This document shows positions 18,521 through 29,293 of a DNA stretch of 64,000 nucleotides, in pieces. The first letter of the stretch is position 1; the number at the start of each line of letters is the position of its first letter. The notes under the pieces are model-generated. The model made no database searches. It was not told the origin of the DNA and saw only the letters and a program-made list of their open reading frames with translations. The translations under genes were made by a program, and so were the position numbers. The stretch comes from an uncultured virus (IMG/VR IMGVR_UViG_2687453182_000005) (Duplodnaviria > Heunggongvirae > Uroviricota > Caudoviricetes): the IMG/VR virus record IMGVR_UViG_2687453182_000005; one strand, written 5' to 3'.

Positions 18521-19135
18521 TTAATCTTCTAACATTGAAACGTCTATCATAAGCCCTTGTTCCATTAATCCAGAACCTTCTCGACTCGGAGGCATACTTA
18601 TCCAACCATCCTCTTCTCCTAAGAACTCGTATCGATACTCAAATGTTAACCCTCCCACATCATCAACCAAGACATAACGCTCGCTATATCTTTTGAATGT
18701 CCAAACTTCATCCCACGTGTCAGGGTCTATGTAGCTTCGTATGTTTGTATTATGAAAATACCCCATAGAGCGAGTCTTAATCATGCCATACCGATGACCA
18801 CTTTTTCCTGCGATTCTTAATGAGCCTTTGCCAGCGCTCCCCGCATTGACATCATAATATTTCTCAAAGCAGACCAACTTGGCAAGAGATGAAAATTTAA
18901 TTTTCCCTTGCTCATCATAAACTTCAAGACCAACTCCGTGCTGAGGGATGTTCACCTTGGAAATCGGAGCAACTGCCCATTGATTATTTAATGCATAGAT
19001 TCTCGGATAGCTATCATAAGGACCTGAGGCTGTCGTTAGTTCATCAGGAGTTAGTTTTTTTAAGACACAAATTGTTTCGAGCTTATCGGTTAATTGTATT
19101 AGTCTATTATTTGTGTAAATTTCTACACCAACCAT
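18521..19135 (-). CDS. Tail-tip associated protein
   Basis: Follows J; GLEVYDEQG motif. Confidence 0.55.
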   Translation of the reverse strand: MVGVEIYTNNRLIQLTDKLETICVLKKLTPDELTTASGPYDSYPRIYALNNQWAVAPISKVNIPQHGVGLEVYDEQGKIKFSSLAKLVCFEKYYDVNAGSAGKGSLRIAGKSGHRYGMIKTRSMGYFHNTNIRSYIDPDTWDEVWTFKRYSERYVLVDDVGGLTFEYRYEFLGEEDGWISMPPSREGSGLMEQGLMIDVSMLED

Positions 19136-19136
19136 T

Positions 19137-19499
19137 TCACACCACCCATACGACAACATGACTTGAGAATGAGTCATGCGTTTGTGTCTGCCCGCCACCA
19201 GAACCATTATTCTCCCAGCGATAGATATTGTAATCAACGCGGTAGTTTAACGTGTTCCCAGATATGGAGTATTCCGTTCTCTCATTAGGTTTATCTACAT
19301 GAAACTCACCACTAAATCGAGAGCGATACCGTAGCCAGAAATGGCAAACAACCTCACCTCCTAAGGAAATCTCAGGAATAGTAAGAGATCCATATTGGGA
19401 CAAAGGAAGATCAAATTGCCCCAGGTGGCGCGGTATAATAGTGTCTTCTCCAATAATGAGTCGCCCTTTCTCATCATAAATTTCTAAACCCATGCCCAT
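19137..19499 (-). CDS. Tail-tip associated protein
   Basis: Directly after J; GLEIYDEKG motif. Confidence 0.55.
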   Translation of the reverse strand: MGMGLEIYDEKGRLIIGEDTIIPRHLGQFDLPLSQYGSLTIPEISLGGEVVCHFWLRYRSRFSGEFHVDKPNERTEYSISGNTLNYRVDYNIYRWENNGSGGGQTQTHDSFSSHVVVWVV

Positions 19500-22400
19500 T
19501 ACCATATCCCCATTCTGATACGCATCGTGCCGTTTTTATCAAACAAACGTTTTAATATGTTTGTTTCAATCCAGTACCCCTGAGCGTTATTTCCATATTT
19601 AATTTCTTCACCAGTACGCATATTAAGTTGATAGCCCACCTTGTTTGCATGGCTGAAATTGGCTGATTGCAATACATCAGCTATTTTTGCACTGGTAATA
19701 GTTGCATCACCAATAAACGCTTCTCTAATGAAGAACTGCCCATTTTTGGCAGCCATAAACAATTCCATCTTGCCATTTACAGGGTTATACCAAGCAAAGT
19801 TATTCGCGTTATAGCCTATGTATGACTCTAATTTCCCGTTCTTAACTTGGGCGCTAATCACTTGCCCTGCTGCGTTGTATTTCACGTTGTTATGAACAAT
19901 CGTAATGTTGATGGAATGGGTAACTACACCGTCACCGGTTTGACTAAATTCAGCCTGCATTTTTTGGTTAATCATGCCCTGCTGTTTGCCGAATTGCGCT
20001 TGTACCTGCTCTTCGGATTTAGCCATGGCTTTATTCGTTTCAGATATCGCCTCTTTATTCGTTAAAACATCAGCACGAACGCGACCGACTTCTTTATCTA
20101 TATTGTCTAACTTCTGGTTGGTATCAGCTAAATTTTGGTTAGTTGTTTTTAATTCTGTGCGGATCTCCGTAGTTGTTTGTCCGAACGCCTTGTTTAACTC
20201 GGTTATTGATGTTTGAGTTTCTTTAATTTCTGCACGTAAGGCTTTATCGTTATCCTCTATTGATGCATATACACGCTTAATATCCTGCGCCCATGCTTCA
20301 TTATCAGAAACTCGGAGTTGTTGTAGTTGAGTAATACCGGCTTGAGCATTAGCGGAATATCGCAATACATCCGTAGATAGCGAATAGGTGGCATTAACAA
20401 GTTCAGCAATAGACTCCGTATTCCATTTCAGTTCTTCGCTGAGTTGTTTGCCTGCCTCAGTTGTCATGAAATGATTGCCGAGTTCTGGCAATATGGTGCT
20501 AGTGTCAAATTCTGACTCCCCGCGAATAAAATCAGTCCACTCAGATTGATTGCCTGTTTTATCCACCAACCTAGCCCTGAAATAAAACACCACTCCAGCA
20601 GCTAAGCCTGCCATCTCATAGGTTTTTGAGGGATAAGGAACATCAGACAACAGCATCAGGCCTTCACCATCATTCGTTTTGCTGTACTGAATTTCAGTTT
20701 TTAAAGTATCCCCTGTATTTTCACCAAACCCCCAATCTAACTTAATGCCAAAGACTAATGGTGACGTTCTGAAGTTAACCGGTTTTGGAGGGTTACCCAT
20801 TTTTCCTGTTAACATTGTTTCTTGTGCGTTAGCCCAAATACTGGATATTTCAGACGCATTTATCGCACGAACTCTCACCTGATAACGACCAGCATAAATG
20901 CCATCAACCTCAAACCCGCATGTTGATGATCTTGGCATTGATACCCAGTTATTATTATCTCTCCGCCATTGAGCCTCATAGGTAATGGCATTATCAACTG
21001 CATCCCAATCAACGCGCAGAGTAGTGAATGAAATGCCTTGATTAACGTGAGAATAGGATGATATACGAATGTTTTTAGGTGGTGCTTGCACACCCGGTGG
21101 AACAATGGTGATTGGACGCTCATCTATTCTGGCACCAGAGTCAATGTGATCGTAATTGCTTGGGTTATGGATTGCGCCAGTAATAGTGTATGTATTATCG
21201 CCATTATCAGTAATGTTAACGACCCGATAAAGTTGTAATGCTAAATCATCAGCATCAACTGTCCAAACTGCATTTTTCTCTGGCTCCTGTGAGTACTCCG
21301 TTGAAACTGTAATGATATTATCAGCAACCAGTGATACGGTTCTTCCCTCTGAGCGCCCGTTTGGCAAATTAACAATCAACCTATCACCAGCTTTAATATT
21401 GCCTCTGCGATCAAGTGTTATTTTTCTGCCTTCTACACGCGATATACGTCCACCATTATCTCTTCCAGCTAACGTTGAGTCGGCAACAGCAATGATATGA
21501 CCAGGAGAAGGTATTGCCCCCTCTAATCCTGTCGCAAAACTAATAACTCTGTCGTTAGCATTGGTGAGTAACGCCCAGCGACCTCTACGGTTAGCCTCCG
21601 TCTGTCGAGTGCAACCTATCGCTGATATTTCAGTTTTGCGTACTCCGTAACGACGCTGTAGTTTAATATCGGCCACAGCCTCAATCGCATCATTACTGTG
21701 GTTATTGGTGTCTGTGTAGGAAACTAATGCTTGCGTATATCGATTTTGCTGACTACCTCCTGAATATGCAGGCTTACCTCCAACAATATTGGCATTGGTA
21801 AACGTTCTAAAAATACTATCTGGCATATCAGCGACAACATTAACCTTGTTATCAGCCCAAAATGTCATACCACGAAAAATAGCCGCTATATCTCTCAGTA
21901 CTTGGTATGCTGATTCTTGCGATTGAACATAAACATCGCACAGGAATCGAGGCTCCTTACCATCACCACCATGACCATCTGGCACTAACTCATCACAATA
22001 TTGTGCTATTTTGTATAAATCCCACTTTTCAATCTGCGAAGCTTTAATACGATCACCGCACCCATAGCGGTTATTTAAAACCAAGTCATAAAATACCCAC
22101 GCTGGATTATTGGTTGCTGCAAGCTTAAAAGTACCATCCCACACACCCGAATAGGTCCGGTTAATTGGATCATAATTAGTTGGCACTTTAATCAGTAACC
22201 CACCTTTTGGACGAACACTAATTTTAGGGATGCGATTATTAAATTGACGCGCATTGAAGGTGATAAATAATAGGGCCGTATTTGGATAACGCAATTTAGC
22301 ATCGATAACATCTGTTACCGCAGAAATAGTAACTTTATCAGCAATTCTGGCTGTATTCTGATTCTTAGTTAATCGTCGGACGCGGATCTGCCAACCTGTA

Positions 22401-22942
22401 TTTGCCTTGGGCAAATCAACGCGGTGCGTACGCTGATACTCGCTAGTTGTTTTACCATCAAAAGCAGACCTCAACACCTCATTATATCCAACACCATCTG
22501 TAGATAAATCAATAGCATATTCAATTCTATAGCCTGTAGTATCCCCATTATCGTGTTGTTGAAACAATTGAGGAACAGATAGTCTAATGCGCACAGCAGA
22601 TAGCTGAGTGTTATTAATGCTCCGCACATAGGGCTGATCGTCTTTTAATTCCAATCCTACCGATGTTTCGCTATCTACTGATGGGATACCCTGAATGTAT
22701 TCTTGGTGTTCACTACCCGGTCTAAATTCCCAAGTGACACCCTCAAAATTCTTAGTACCGTCCGCATTGCCAATCGGTGTATCATCAAGAAAAATACGAG
22801 TATCGTCTAAGCCACCAGCAATTTCACCTTCTGAGATAGCCAATAAAATCTTAGCTGTTGATTCAGAAAGTAAGCTATCTGGTGATTCCGTGGGCGTATG
22901 TCCGCCACCGCCACCACCTTTTGCACCATGAATTAATTCCAT
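19499..22942 (-). CDS. Central tail tip protein J
   Basis: GAKGGGG N-terminus, SEGEI, NNPAW, FN3 domains, coiled coil, RIRMGIW end. Confidence 0.92.
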   Translation of the reverse strand: MELIHGAKGGGGGGHTPTESPDSLLSESTAKILLAISEGEIAGGLDDTRIFLDDTPIGNADGTKNFEGVTWEFRPGSEHQEYIQGIPSVDSETSVGLELKDDQPYVRSINNTQLSAVRIRLSVPQLFQQHDNGDTTGYRIEYAIDLSTDGVGYNEVLRSAFDGKTTSEYQRTHRVDLPKANTGWQIRVRRLTKNQNTARIADKVTISAVTDVIDAKLRYPNTALLFITFNARQFNNRIPKISVRPKGGLLIKVPTNYDPINRTYSGVWDGTFKLAATNNPAWVFYDLVLNNRYGCGDRIKASQIEKWDLYKIAQYCDELVPDGHGGDGKEPRFLCDVYVQSQESAYQVLRDIAAIFRGMTFWADNKVNVVADMPDSIFRTFTNANIVGGKPAYSGGSQQNRYTQALVSYTDTNNHSNDAIEAVADIKLQRRYGVRKTEISAIGCTRQTEANRRGRWALLTNANDRVISFATGLEGAIPSPGHIIAVADSTLAGRDNGGRISRVEGRKITLDRRGNIKAGDRLIVNLPNGRSEGRTVSLVADNIITVSTEYSQEPEKNAVWTVDADDLALQLYRVVNITDNGDNTYTITGAIHNPSNYDHIDSGARIDERPITIVPPGVQAPPKNIRISSYSHVNQGISFTTLRVDWDAVDNAITYEAQWRRDNNNWVSMPRSSTCGFEVDGIYAGRYQVRVRAINASEISSIWANAQETMLTGKMGNPPKPVNFRTSPLVFGIKLDWGFGENTGDTLKTEIQYSKTNDGEGLMLLSDVPYPSKTYEMAGLAAGVVFYFRARLVDKTGNQSEWTDFIRGESEFDTSTILPELGNHFMTTEAGKQLSEELKWNTESIAELVNATYSLSTDVLRYSANAQAGITQLQQLRVSDNEAWAQDIKRVYASIEDNDKALRAEIKETQTSITELNKAFGQTTTEIRTELKTTNQNLADTNQKLDNIDKEVGRVRADVLTNKEAISETNKAMAKSEEQVQAQFGKQQGMINQKMQAEFSQTGDGVVTHSINITIVHNNVKYNAAGQVISAQVKNGKLESYIGYNANNFAWYNPVNGKMELFMAAKNGQFFIREAFIGDATITSAKIADVLQSANFSHANKVGYQLNMRTGEEIKYGNNAQGYWIETNILKRLFDKNGTMRIRMGIW

Positions 22943-22993
22943 ATTTCACCCATAAAAAAAGCCACATAGTGGCTATTCTGAAATTTGTTTATG

Positions 22994-23581
22994 TTATTGC
23001 TGATCTTCTGTATAAATACCTGCGGAAATGATTGCCCCTCCCACCTCTCGCCTGTCCAATCCATAAAGTAAAGGAACTGGATTTCCTTGCGCAGTAGAGT
23101 TTACAGCTCCGCCAAAGGCATAAGATGGTTTGTTATCTGAATCTTGCCTCATTGATAGACCTCGCGGTTGAGGTGAAAGCATCTGGTAAACACCACCAAG
23201 TGCTACACCTAAACCTATGGTTCCGATTAAATCGCTCGCCCACAAAGCAGCCCCCCAAGGGGCAAATGTCGCGACACCGATCATGGCAATACCCAGCATA
23301 GTTTGAAAGAATCCGCCTCGTTTACTTCCTTTAATGATTGGTGCTATGCGGATCTCTTCTTTGGTATCAAGATGTAATTCATCTTCAGCAATGTTTCGTT
23401 TCCCCTTAAATACAGCAAACTCCAGCCCTTTCAGATGTGCATTAGCAAGAAACTGCTCAAACCCATCATAAAGCACAGAGAGTGCCTTAATTGCTTCGCG
23501 AGGTGAATCTATATCTAATTTGTGTTCACGCCCAAATTTTGCGCCAAGAACACCATATAGACGTATTGTTTTTAGGCTCAT
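22994..23581 (-). CDS. Tail assembly protein I
   Basis: IRLYG.LG..FGR and QGNPVPLLYG motifs. Confidence 0.9.
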   Translation of the reverse strand: MSLKTIRLYGVLGAKFGREHKLDIDSPREAIKALSVLYDGFEQFLANAHLKGLEFAVFKGKRNIAEDELHLDTKEEIRIAPIIKGSKRGGFFQTMLGIAMIGVATFAPWGAALWASDLIGTIGLGVALGGVYQMLSPQPRGLSMRQDSDNKPSYAFGGAVNSTAQGNPVPLLYGLDRREVGGAIISAGIYTEDQQ

Positions 23582-24288
23582 ACAAACTCTTTCCTCCGAA
23601 CAATTTTTACAGTCCTATCTCGCCAGTAATCGCTGTAAGGAACCAGTCTGCTCAGTTGTCCATATAAGTGATGAAGTAGCATACCATTCATAATCACACC
23701 AGCGTGATTAGGCACATCGGCTTGCACTTGCATAATCACCATATCGCCCTCTTTCGGCTCGCCAGTGACGTCAACAAAACCCGCTTTCTCGTAGTTATCC
23801 ATATACAGGTTTTCGCCTTCTTCCCACCAATGCCGATCAACGCTGTAGTTATGTAACTCAATACCGTGTTTTTGGTGGTAGTAATCCATAATTAACGACC
23901 AGCAATCAGCATAACCCAGCACAAAAGGACGTCCTTCTAATTCACGCTCACCTCGAGGGTAAATAATTCGAATATCACCCTCTGGACATGATGCGATCAC
24001 CCAAGGCAATCCAGTTGCATCACACTGTAATTTATCTATTTCGCTAGGTTGAGTCGTTACACCATCACCACAATGGCTGTGCACAATTGCTATTGGCTCA
24101 CCCCAGTCCTCAGCAAGAGCGTAATCTTCTGGAGAAAGCTCAAAATGCTCTGTTGGGTTATCTGAAAGATTGCTACAAGGAAAGTATTTTTTAACTCGAC
24201 TTTTCTGACAGATAACTCCGCAAGCTTCTTTGGGATATTCGGCTTTTACATGTTCAAATATCGATTCTCTTAATTTTTTTGTGATCAT
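23578..24288 (-). CDS. Tail assembly protein K (JAB + NlpC/P60)
   Basis: YPKEACG, VHSH, DCW and NHAG motifs. Confidence 0.9.
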   Translation of the reverse strand: MITKKLRESIFEHVKAEYPKEACGVICQKSRVKKYFPCSNLSDNPTEHFELSPEDYALAEDWGEPIAIVHSHCGDGVTTQPSEIDKLQCDATGLPWVIASCPEGDIRIIYPRGERELEGRPFVLGYADCWSLIMDYYHQKHGIELHNYSVDRHWWEEGENLYMDNYEKAGFVDVTGEPKEGDMVIMQVQADVPNHAGVIMNGMLLHHLYGQLSRLVPYSDYWRDRTVKIVRRKEFV

Positions 24289-25028
24289 CTCGTTAACCCC
24301 GCAGCGGGAAACCCTCCAAAATCTAATGGCTCATTCTCACCAAAGCGTTTTTTGCAATCACTAATAAGCCCACCACAACTATCTAGCGCTGGATCATCAA
24401 CAGGGTTTCCTCTCTCATCAAAATATTTATTCCCTGAATATGAGCACCCATTACCACTACGATAATCGCCTTTCATGCACCAGTAACAAAGATTATGAAT
24501 TTGTCGAACGGGTATCATTACTCCCTGCAAATCAAACGGGCTAGACAGCTCGAACTCTACGGATTCGCCAGCCGCCTCATTAGTTTTACGATCGATGTAA
24601 TAAACTTGTTTAAAGCATTCGTCTGGATTAGCTGTTGAATTTCCCTCAGGAAAGTTTTTAGCATCAAGATAGTGAGCAAATGTCTCATAAATAGTCACTT
24701 TGGCTTGCACCATGTCGTCAAACTGAAGACATAGAGATGAAATTAAGCCATCTATATTGGCAACCTTTAGAGATGGTCTCGCTGGACTACCATCACTATT
24801 TTTTGCCATTCCTTCAACTTCATAAGGCCATGCCCCGTATTCATTGCCTTGCCACCAAATTGGTTTTGGCTTGATATCACCATTAGATTGCTCTATCTCT
24901 TCTGGTGTATGAGGTAGATTGTAAGCATGGAAGCGAAGAATGGGCCCATCAAACTCACTGCCATCCACCTCAATTAATTGAACCTTATTACCCGGCTCTA
25001 ATTTTTGTACATCTGCTGTGATATTCAT
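24285..25028 (-). CDS. Minor tail protein L
   Basis: Cys cluster and FGGFP end. Confidence 0.9.
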   Translation of the reverse strand: MNITADVQKLEPGNKVQLIEVDGSEFDGPILRFHAYNLPHTPEEIEQSNGDIKPKPIWWQGNEYGAWPYEVEGMAKNSDGSPARPSLKVANIDGLISSLCLQFDDMVQAKVTIYETFAHYLDAKNFPEGNSTANPDECFKQVYYIDRKTNEAAGESVEFELSSPFDLQGVMIPVRQIHNLCYWCMKGDYRSGNGCSYSGNKYFDERGNPVDDPALDSCGGLISDCKKRFGENEPLDFGGFPAAGLTR

Positions 25029-25366
25029 GCGCTAAATGCCTGTTCAAACGTAGCTGTCAATTTCATTACTCCATCAGAGATGGGGAGCATCGTTATTGAA
25101 TCAGCTTTAACACGATAAAGCCCTTTTTCACCAAATGGAGGCGTCCAAATAAATGATTTTGCTGTGTGTCGCCGAATGAATTTAAAAATAGGCATCACCT
25201 CATCTTTTAGTCCCATATAAGCAAATGGCCACGTTTGAGATTCTGGATTAATACCATCACCAGCAACTTGTTTGTAACCATCTCCAAATTCAACTTCTTT
25301 AATGCGATGCTTGAACTCACCGCTTGGCGAATCTTGTATTTGTGTTCGCCATTTAAACTCTTCCAT
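25025..25366 (-). CDS. Minor tail protein M
   Basis: FGDGY.Q...DGIN and F.WTPP motifs. Confidence 0.9.
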   Translation of the reverse strand: MEEFKWRTQIQDSPSGEFKHRIKEVEFGDGYKQVAGDGINPESQTWPFAYMGLKDEVMPIFKFIRRHTAKSFIWTPPFGEKGLYRVKADSITMLPISDGVMKLTATFEQAFSA

Positions 25367-25451
25367 TGGTTACTCCAATAAAAAAGGCGATACAAAGCCG
25401 CCTGATCAAATATCAGGATATTAATAAATATCCATTAGGTTATTTTATATA

Positions 25452-25504
25452 TTCAGCCCAGAGAAACTTACCGAAGGAATGGCTGACTTACTTCGATGGA
25501 GAAT
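25452..25504 (+). promoter_or_regulatory. Conserved structured leader, copy 1 (pseudoknot candidate)
   Basis: 35-nt core (25470-25504) matches 47587-47621 at 34/35; TCAGCC/GGCTGA and CGAAG/CTTCG stems; GGAG SD follows. Confidence 0.65.
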
Positions 25505-25509
25505 TGAAT

Positions 25510-25710
25510 ATGTTAGTTAGTGAAATGGCAAAAGACATAGAGGCCCTTCAAACACGTACTCTTGCTTTAGAGTATATAATTCAAGTAATGATTAGGAATA
25601 TGTCTGATATTGAAAAAGAAAAACTTATTAGTGAATTAAATAGAGTATCGCATGATAGTCCTGTAACTATCGAGGCGTTTGGTATCATTCAGTCACATTT
25701 ACATAATTAG
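25510..25710 (+). CDS. Small helical moron protein, IraP-like (66 aa)
   Basis: ALEYIIQVMIRNMSDIEKEKLISEL resembles recalled IraP [29 protein letters not shown] SD supports the 25510 start. Confidence 0.55.
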   Translation: MLVSEMAKDIEALQTRTLALEYIIQVMIRNMSDIEKEKLISELNRVSHDSPVTIEAFGIIQSHLHN

Positions 25711-25729
25711 TACCATATTATAAAGGCGG

Positions 25730-26020
25730 TTACTGTGCCGCCTTTATGCGATCTATCATGGTTCTTGCATATTTTTCCGCTCTCCCCATAAATGAAGCAA
25801 ATGTTTCATTTGGGTTATAATCCTCTGTGTACTTAAATTGTAACTTTGGTTCTTCATCTGGGGTATTATTTCCCACTATCTCCGTTACTGTAATTTCTGA
25901 CGTTAATATAGGTTTTTCACTTATTTTTATAGCCCCAATGCCATATCTTTTCACATCCCCTGTAATTTCCACTCCTGAAAATTTGTTTGATAACAATGGG
26001 AACTCTACTTTGATTTTCAT
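25730..26020 (-). CDS. Hypothetical protein
   Basis: GAGGT SD; C-terminus similar to the neighbouring gene. Confidence 0.6.
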   Translation of the reverse strand: MKIKVEFPLLSNKFSGVEITGDVKRYGIGAIKISEKPILTSEITVTEIVGNNTPDEEPKLQFKYTEDYNPNETFASFMGRAEKYARTMIDRIKAAQ

Positions 26021-26059
26021 AACTACCTCTCATTAAAAAGCCACAGAATTTGGTGGCTG

Positions 26060-26272
26060 TTATTGGTTTAATTCTTTAATTGTTTTTCTTGCATATTCTT
26101 CGGATTCTTTAAAATATTCCGAAAGAGGCTTATTAGCATCAAAGCTAGTTTGATAAACCAGATATGCTTTTGGTGGTTCAAAATCAGCTTCATTTCCCAT
26201 GTATACATCTACTGGAATGCTAATTTCTTTATCTTCTGGACGAATACAAATATTTCCTAATTTTAATTTCAT
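26060..26272 (-). CDS. Hypothetical protein (70 aa)
   Basis: GAGGT SD before MKLKLG. Confidence 0.6.
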   Translation of the reverse strand: MKLKLGNICIRPEDKEISIPVDVYMGNEADFEPPKAYLVYQTSFDANKPLSEYFKESEEYARKTIKELNQ

Positions 26273-26294
26273 AAATACCTCTCTTATTAAATGA

Positions 26295-29234
26295 TTATCT
26301 ATTTCCTGATACTGCTTTAATGATCTTGTACAAATCACCACCTTCTCGCCCTTCACTAATAAAAAGGCTTTTAACTTTATTCTTTAACGATTGCTCAGCA
26401 GCTCTCACATCTATATTTGGCATTGCACTTTGTTGCTGTTCGGTTTCAATCTTGACGCCGCTCATATCAATTGTCACATTCACCCCACCACCAGCAATTT
26501 GAGGATTGCGAGCGATAAATGCTGTTGGCTGTGTAACCGACATGGGCGCAGAACCACCGACATGACCACCTGAAGCATAACCTCTCTTTCCTGCATCCAT
26601 TAGTCGATAGAGATTATCTACACCTAATCGTTGCGTTGCTTCCTTGGTAAAGACGAACTCGCCTTTATGTACTACACCCGCTGGATCATGTTTTCCACCA
26701 TCGCCTGTATAACCACCACTTGCAAACCCAAAGAAATTACCTACCGCACTACCACCAAATGCCGCTTTCATAGCATTTAGCATAGCCATCTGCATTAACA
26801 TCTTGGTGGTCATTTCTAAGAATGAGCGAGTGAAGTCAGCAAAATTAGCTTTGCCCGTCAATACAAAATCAGAGAGACTGTTACTCATGCCTTGGAATGC
26901 TGATTGACTAATTTGAGCTACGTTACCGTAAACGTTTGTGGCCTGATCTTGGAATTCAGCAAAGCCTTTCTTAACGCCTAACTCCCAGTTAGCACGAATA
27001 GAGTCTTCCTTAGCATAATACTCCTCTAAAGCTTTTCTCTCGTCTGGTGATTTAGCTTTCTCTAGTGCGATGTCTCGTTGATACATGCGGCCAGACTTAC
27101 CAGCTCCCAACTCTAAGGCGCGACTTCTGGCATTAATTTCTTCAACACGTTTAAGTTGTTTATCTAACTCACGATTATGTAACTCCTGAAGCTTAACCTC
27201 ATCACCAGCTATGGCCAGTGCTTCTTGAGAAGCAAGAATGTAGTCCTTTTTAGCAAGCAACGCCTTTTCGTCCTTGGTTAACTGTCTTGTTTTCTGAGCC
27301 TCCTCAAGGATTGATATTTTCGCTTCCATATCCCAAAGTTTTTTACGCTCAGAGCTAATCACATCACTGACTGTTTTATGCTCTTTTAGCACCTTCAATT
27401 GTGCTTGCAGGGATAGTAGGGCTTGATTTGCTGATTCATCTACTCTAGTACCATAATCTGGTCGGTAGGTTGGGGTTTTACCTTTACCTTTGGCTTTTTC
27501 TTTCTCGTAACGCTCTTTCTCTCGGCGGATGGCTTCATCTTTTGCAGCTTGAGATGCATACGCGTTATTTTTTATCTCATTGAGTGTTCTCTGGTGCTTT
27601 TCCTCTGCGGTTTCGTATTGTCGCTTTAATTCTTGATCGGCTCTAAATTGCGCCTTTTTACGCTCTTCCTCATCTCTTGCGGCTTTTTCACTTGCATTTT
27701 TTATAGCGATTTGAGTCTGTTTTTCTTTTAATAGAGCGAGTTTACTTTTAACTTCATCTACGGTTAACCCTGTTTTGTATCGTAGTATATCTTTTCCAGC
27801 AGGTTTTATTTGAGCTTCAATTAAAGCTTCTTCATACTCTTGAATTTGCTGCTCAAGAGTCTTCTCCCTGCCGATATTTAACATTTTATCCCATGCTTTT
27901 TCAGCTTCATTGCCAACCCATTGCCAAGCTTTTTCAAGCGTACCTAGATTTTCCTTTATCTGTTTGGTTCGCTCATCCATAGCATTGGCATATGATTCCA
28001 TAGCCATTTTAGCCGCTTCTTGCTCTTTTCCTTGCGTCTGAAGTGTGGTTATTTGTTCTAATTGGGTAGCAGTTAAAAAATGTAATGATTTATCTAATTC
28101 AGTGACTGCTTTAACTGGATCTTCTTGCAATCTCTGAAATTGCTTTATTGTCTCATCAACCGATTGACCAACGGCTTTTTCCATAGCAGCAGCGGTTTTA
28201 GATACCATGTCAACATCTCGGCCCGAGAAAGCACCAGAGCCAACTACTTTTGAAATAGTATCAGCCATTCCATACTGAGTTATCCCATTCCCCGATAAGC
28301 TTCTAGCCAAAGCATCCAGCTGTGCAGCTGTTCTTCCTGCATAACCACCAGTAAGAATTAACTGCTTATTATACTCGCCAAATTCTTGCGACCCTTTATA
28401 CGCGGCTAACGCCACAGCTGCCGCAGCACCAGCAAAACCAAACATAGCAACTCTTGCAGGGGTAATAATTGATGCTAACGCTTTTAGTGAGTTACCGACA
28501 CCACCAAATGAGTCCTTTATTTGCCCCCCTTGTTGTATCATCACCATCCAAACAGGCATTCCTGATGCTAATGACGTAACAATATCTGTCATTTGGGCTG
28601 GTAGTTGTCGCATAGCGTTTCGATATTGACCAATAGTGATTGAGCCATTTAAGAATGCTTTTTCTTGCTCTTTTAGCTTGTTGATCATCGGCGCGGCTTG
28701 TTGCGACACGCCAAGTTGAGCCGCTTTTAGCTCTAAAATCTCTGTCCTCGTTTTGCCTATAATTTCAGTTTGATTTTTCAGTGAATTTAAAAAATCATCA
28801 GCAGCTTGCTTGGCTCTATTTGTTGCTGCCTCTTGAGCTAACAACGCCCGCCCTTCAGCAGTAAGGGACATATTAACTCGTGTTAATTTATCTCTAGTCT
28901 GTTCAAGTATGGCGTTATAGTCTGCAAACTGATCCTTTGGTAATATCCCTTTTTTATTTGCCTCTATTAATTTTTGAGTGGCTTTATCAAGCGCATCAAA
29001 TGCTTTATTGGTTGGATTTATTGAATTTAATAAGTCATCAAGTTCTTTCTTTTGCCTCTTTATCGCGTCGGCTGCTCTCTTTTGATGATCAACCCCTCTA
29101 TTAAACTGGTCATTTAAATTTCGCGAAGAACCGCTTACCTTCTCTGCTGTATCGCCGAACTCCTTTAACTTTTGTGTGCCACGCTCCAGATCTGACGTAT
29201 CAGCCTTTAATGATATTGTTGCTATATCTGCCAT
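26295..29234 (-). CDS. Tape measure protein, lambda H family
   Basis: QLPAQMTDIVTSLASG, QQGGQIKD and FASGGYTG..PAGVVHKGE motifs. Confidence 0.95.
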   Translation of the reverse strand: MADIATISLKADTSDLERGTQKLKEFGDTAEKVSGSSRNLNDQFNRGVDHQKRAADAIKRQKKELDDLLNSINPTNKAFDALDKATQKLIEANKKGILPKDQFADYNAILEQTRDKLTRVNMSLTAEGRALLAQEAATNRAKQAADDFLNSLKNQTEIIGKTRTEILELKAAQLGVSQQAAPMINKLKEQEKAFLNGSITIGQYRNAMRQLPAQMTDIVTSLASGMPVWMVMIQQGGQIKDSFGGVGNSLKALASIITPARVAMFGFAGAAAAVALAAYKGSQEFGEYNKQLILTGGYAGRTAAQLDALARSLSGNGITQYGMADTISKVVGSGAFSGRDVDMVSKTAAAMEKAVGQSVDETIKQFQRLQEDPVKAVTELDKSLHFLTATQLEQITTLQTQGKEQEAAKMAMESYANAMDERTKQIKENLGTLEKAWQWVGNEAEKAWDKMLNIGREKTLEQQIQEYEEALIEAQIKPAGKDILRYKTGLTVDEVKSKLALLKEKQTQIAIKNASEKAARDEEERKKAQFRADQELKRQYETAEEKHQRTLNEIKNNAYASQAAKDEAIRREKERYEKEKAKGKGKTPTYRPDYGTRVDESANQALLSLQAQLKVLKEHKTVSDVISSERKKLWDMEAKISILEEAQKTRQLTKDEKALLAKKDYILASQEALAIAGDEVKLQELHNRELDKQLKRVEEINARSRALELGAGKSGRMYQRDIALEKAKSPDERKALEEYYAKEDSIRANWELGVKKGFAEFQDQATNVYGNVAQISQSAFQGMSNSLSDFVLTGKANFADFTRSFLEMTTKMLMQMAMLNAMKAAFGGSAVGNFFGFASGGYTGDGGKHDPAGVVHKGEFVFTKEATQRLGVDNLYRLMDAGKRGYASGGHVGGSAPMSVTQPTAFIARNPQIAGGGVNVTIDMSGVKIETEQQQSAMPNIDVRAAEQSLKNKVKSLFISEGREGGDLYKIIKAVSGNR

Positions 29235-29293
29235 TTAATTTCCTCCAGATATAAAAAAACCACCCGAAGGTGGTTGTATTTTAGAATATGGTA

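Noticed and set aside
17056..22942. Diversity-generating retroelement or invertible tail-fibre switch
   Set aside because: No reverse transcriptase, invertase, TR/VR pair or flanking inverted repeats were seen.
25366..25509. N-terminal extension of the 114-aa ORF (likewise 47584-47625)
   Set aside because: Runs through a terminator or the conserved leader; the two leader copies are read in different frames, so the shared element is not protein-coding.
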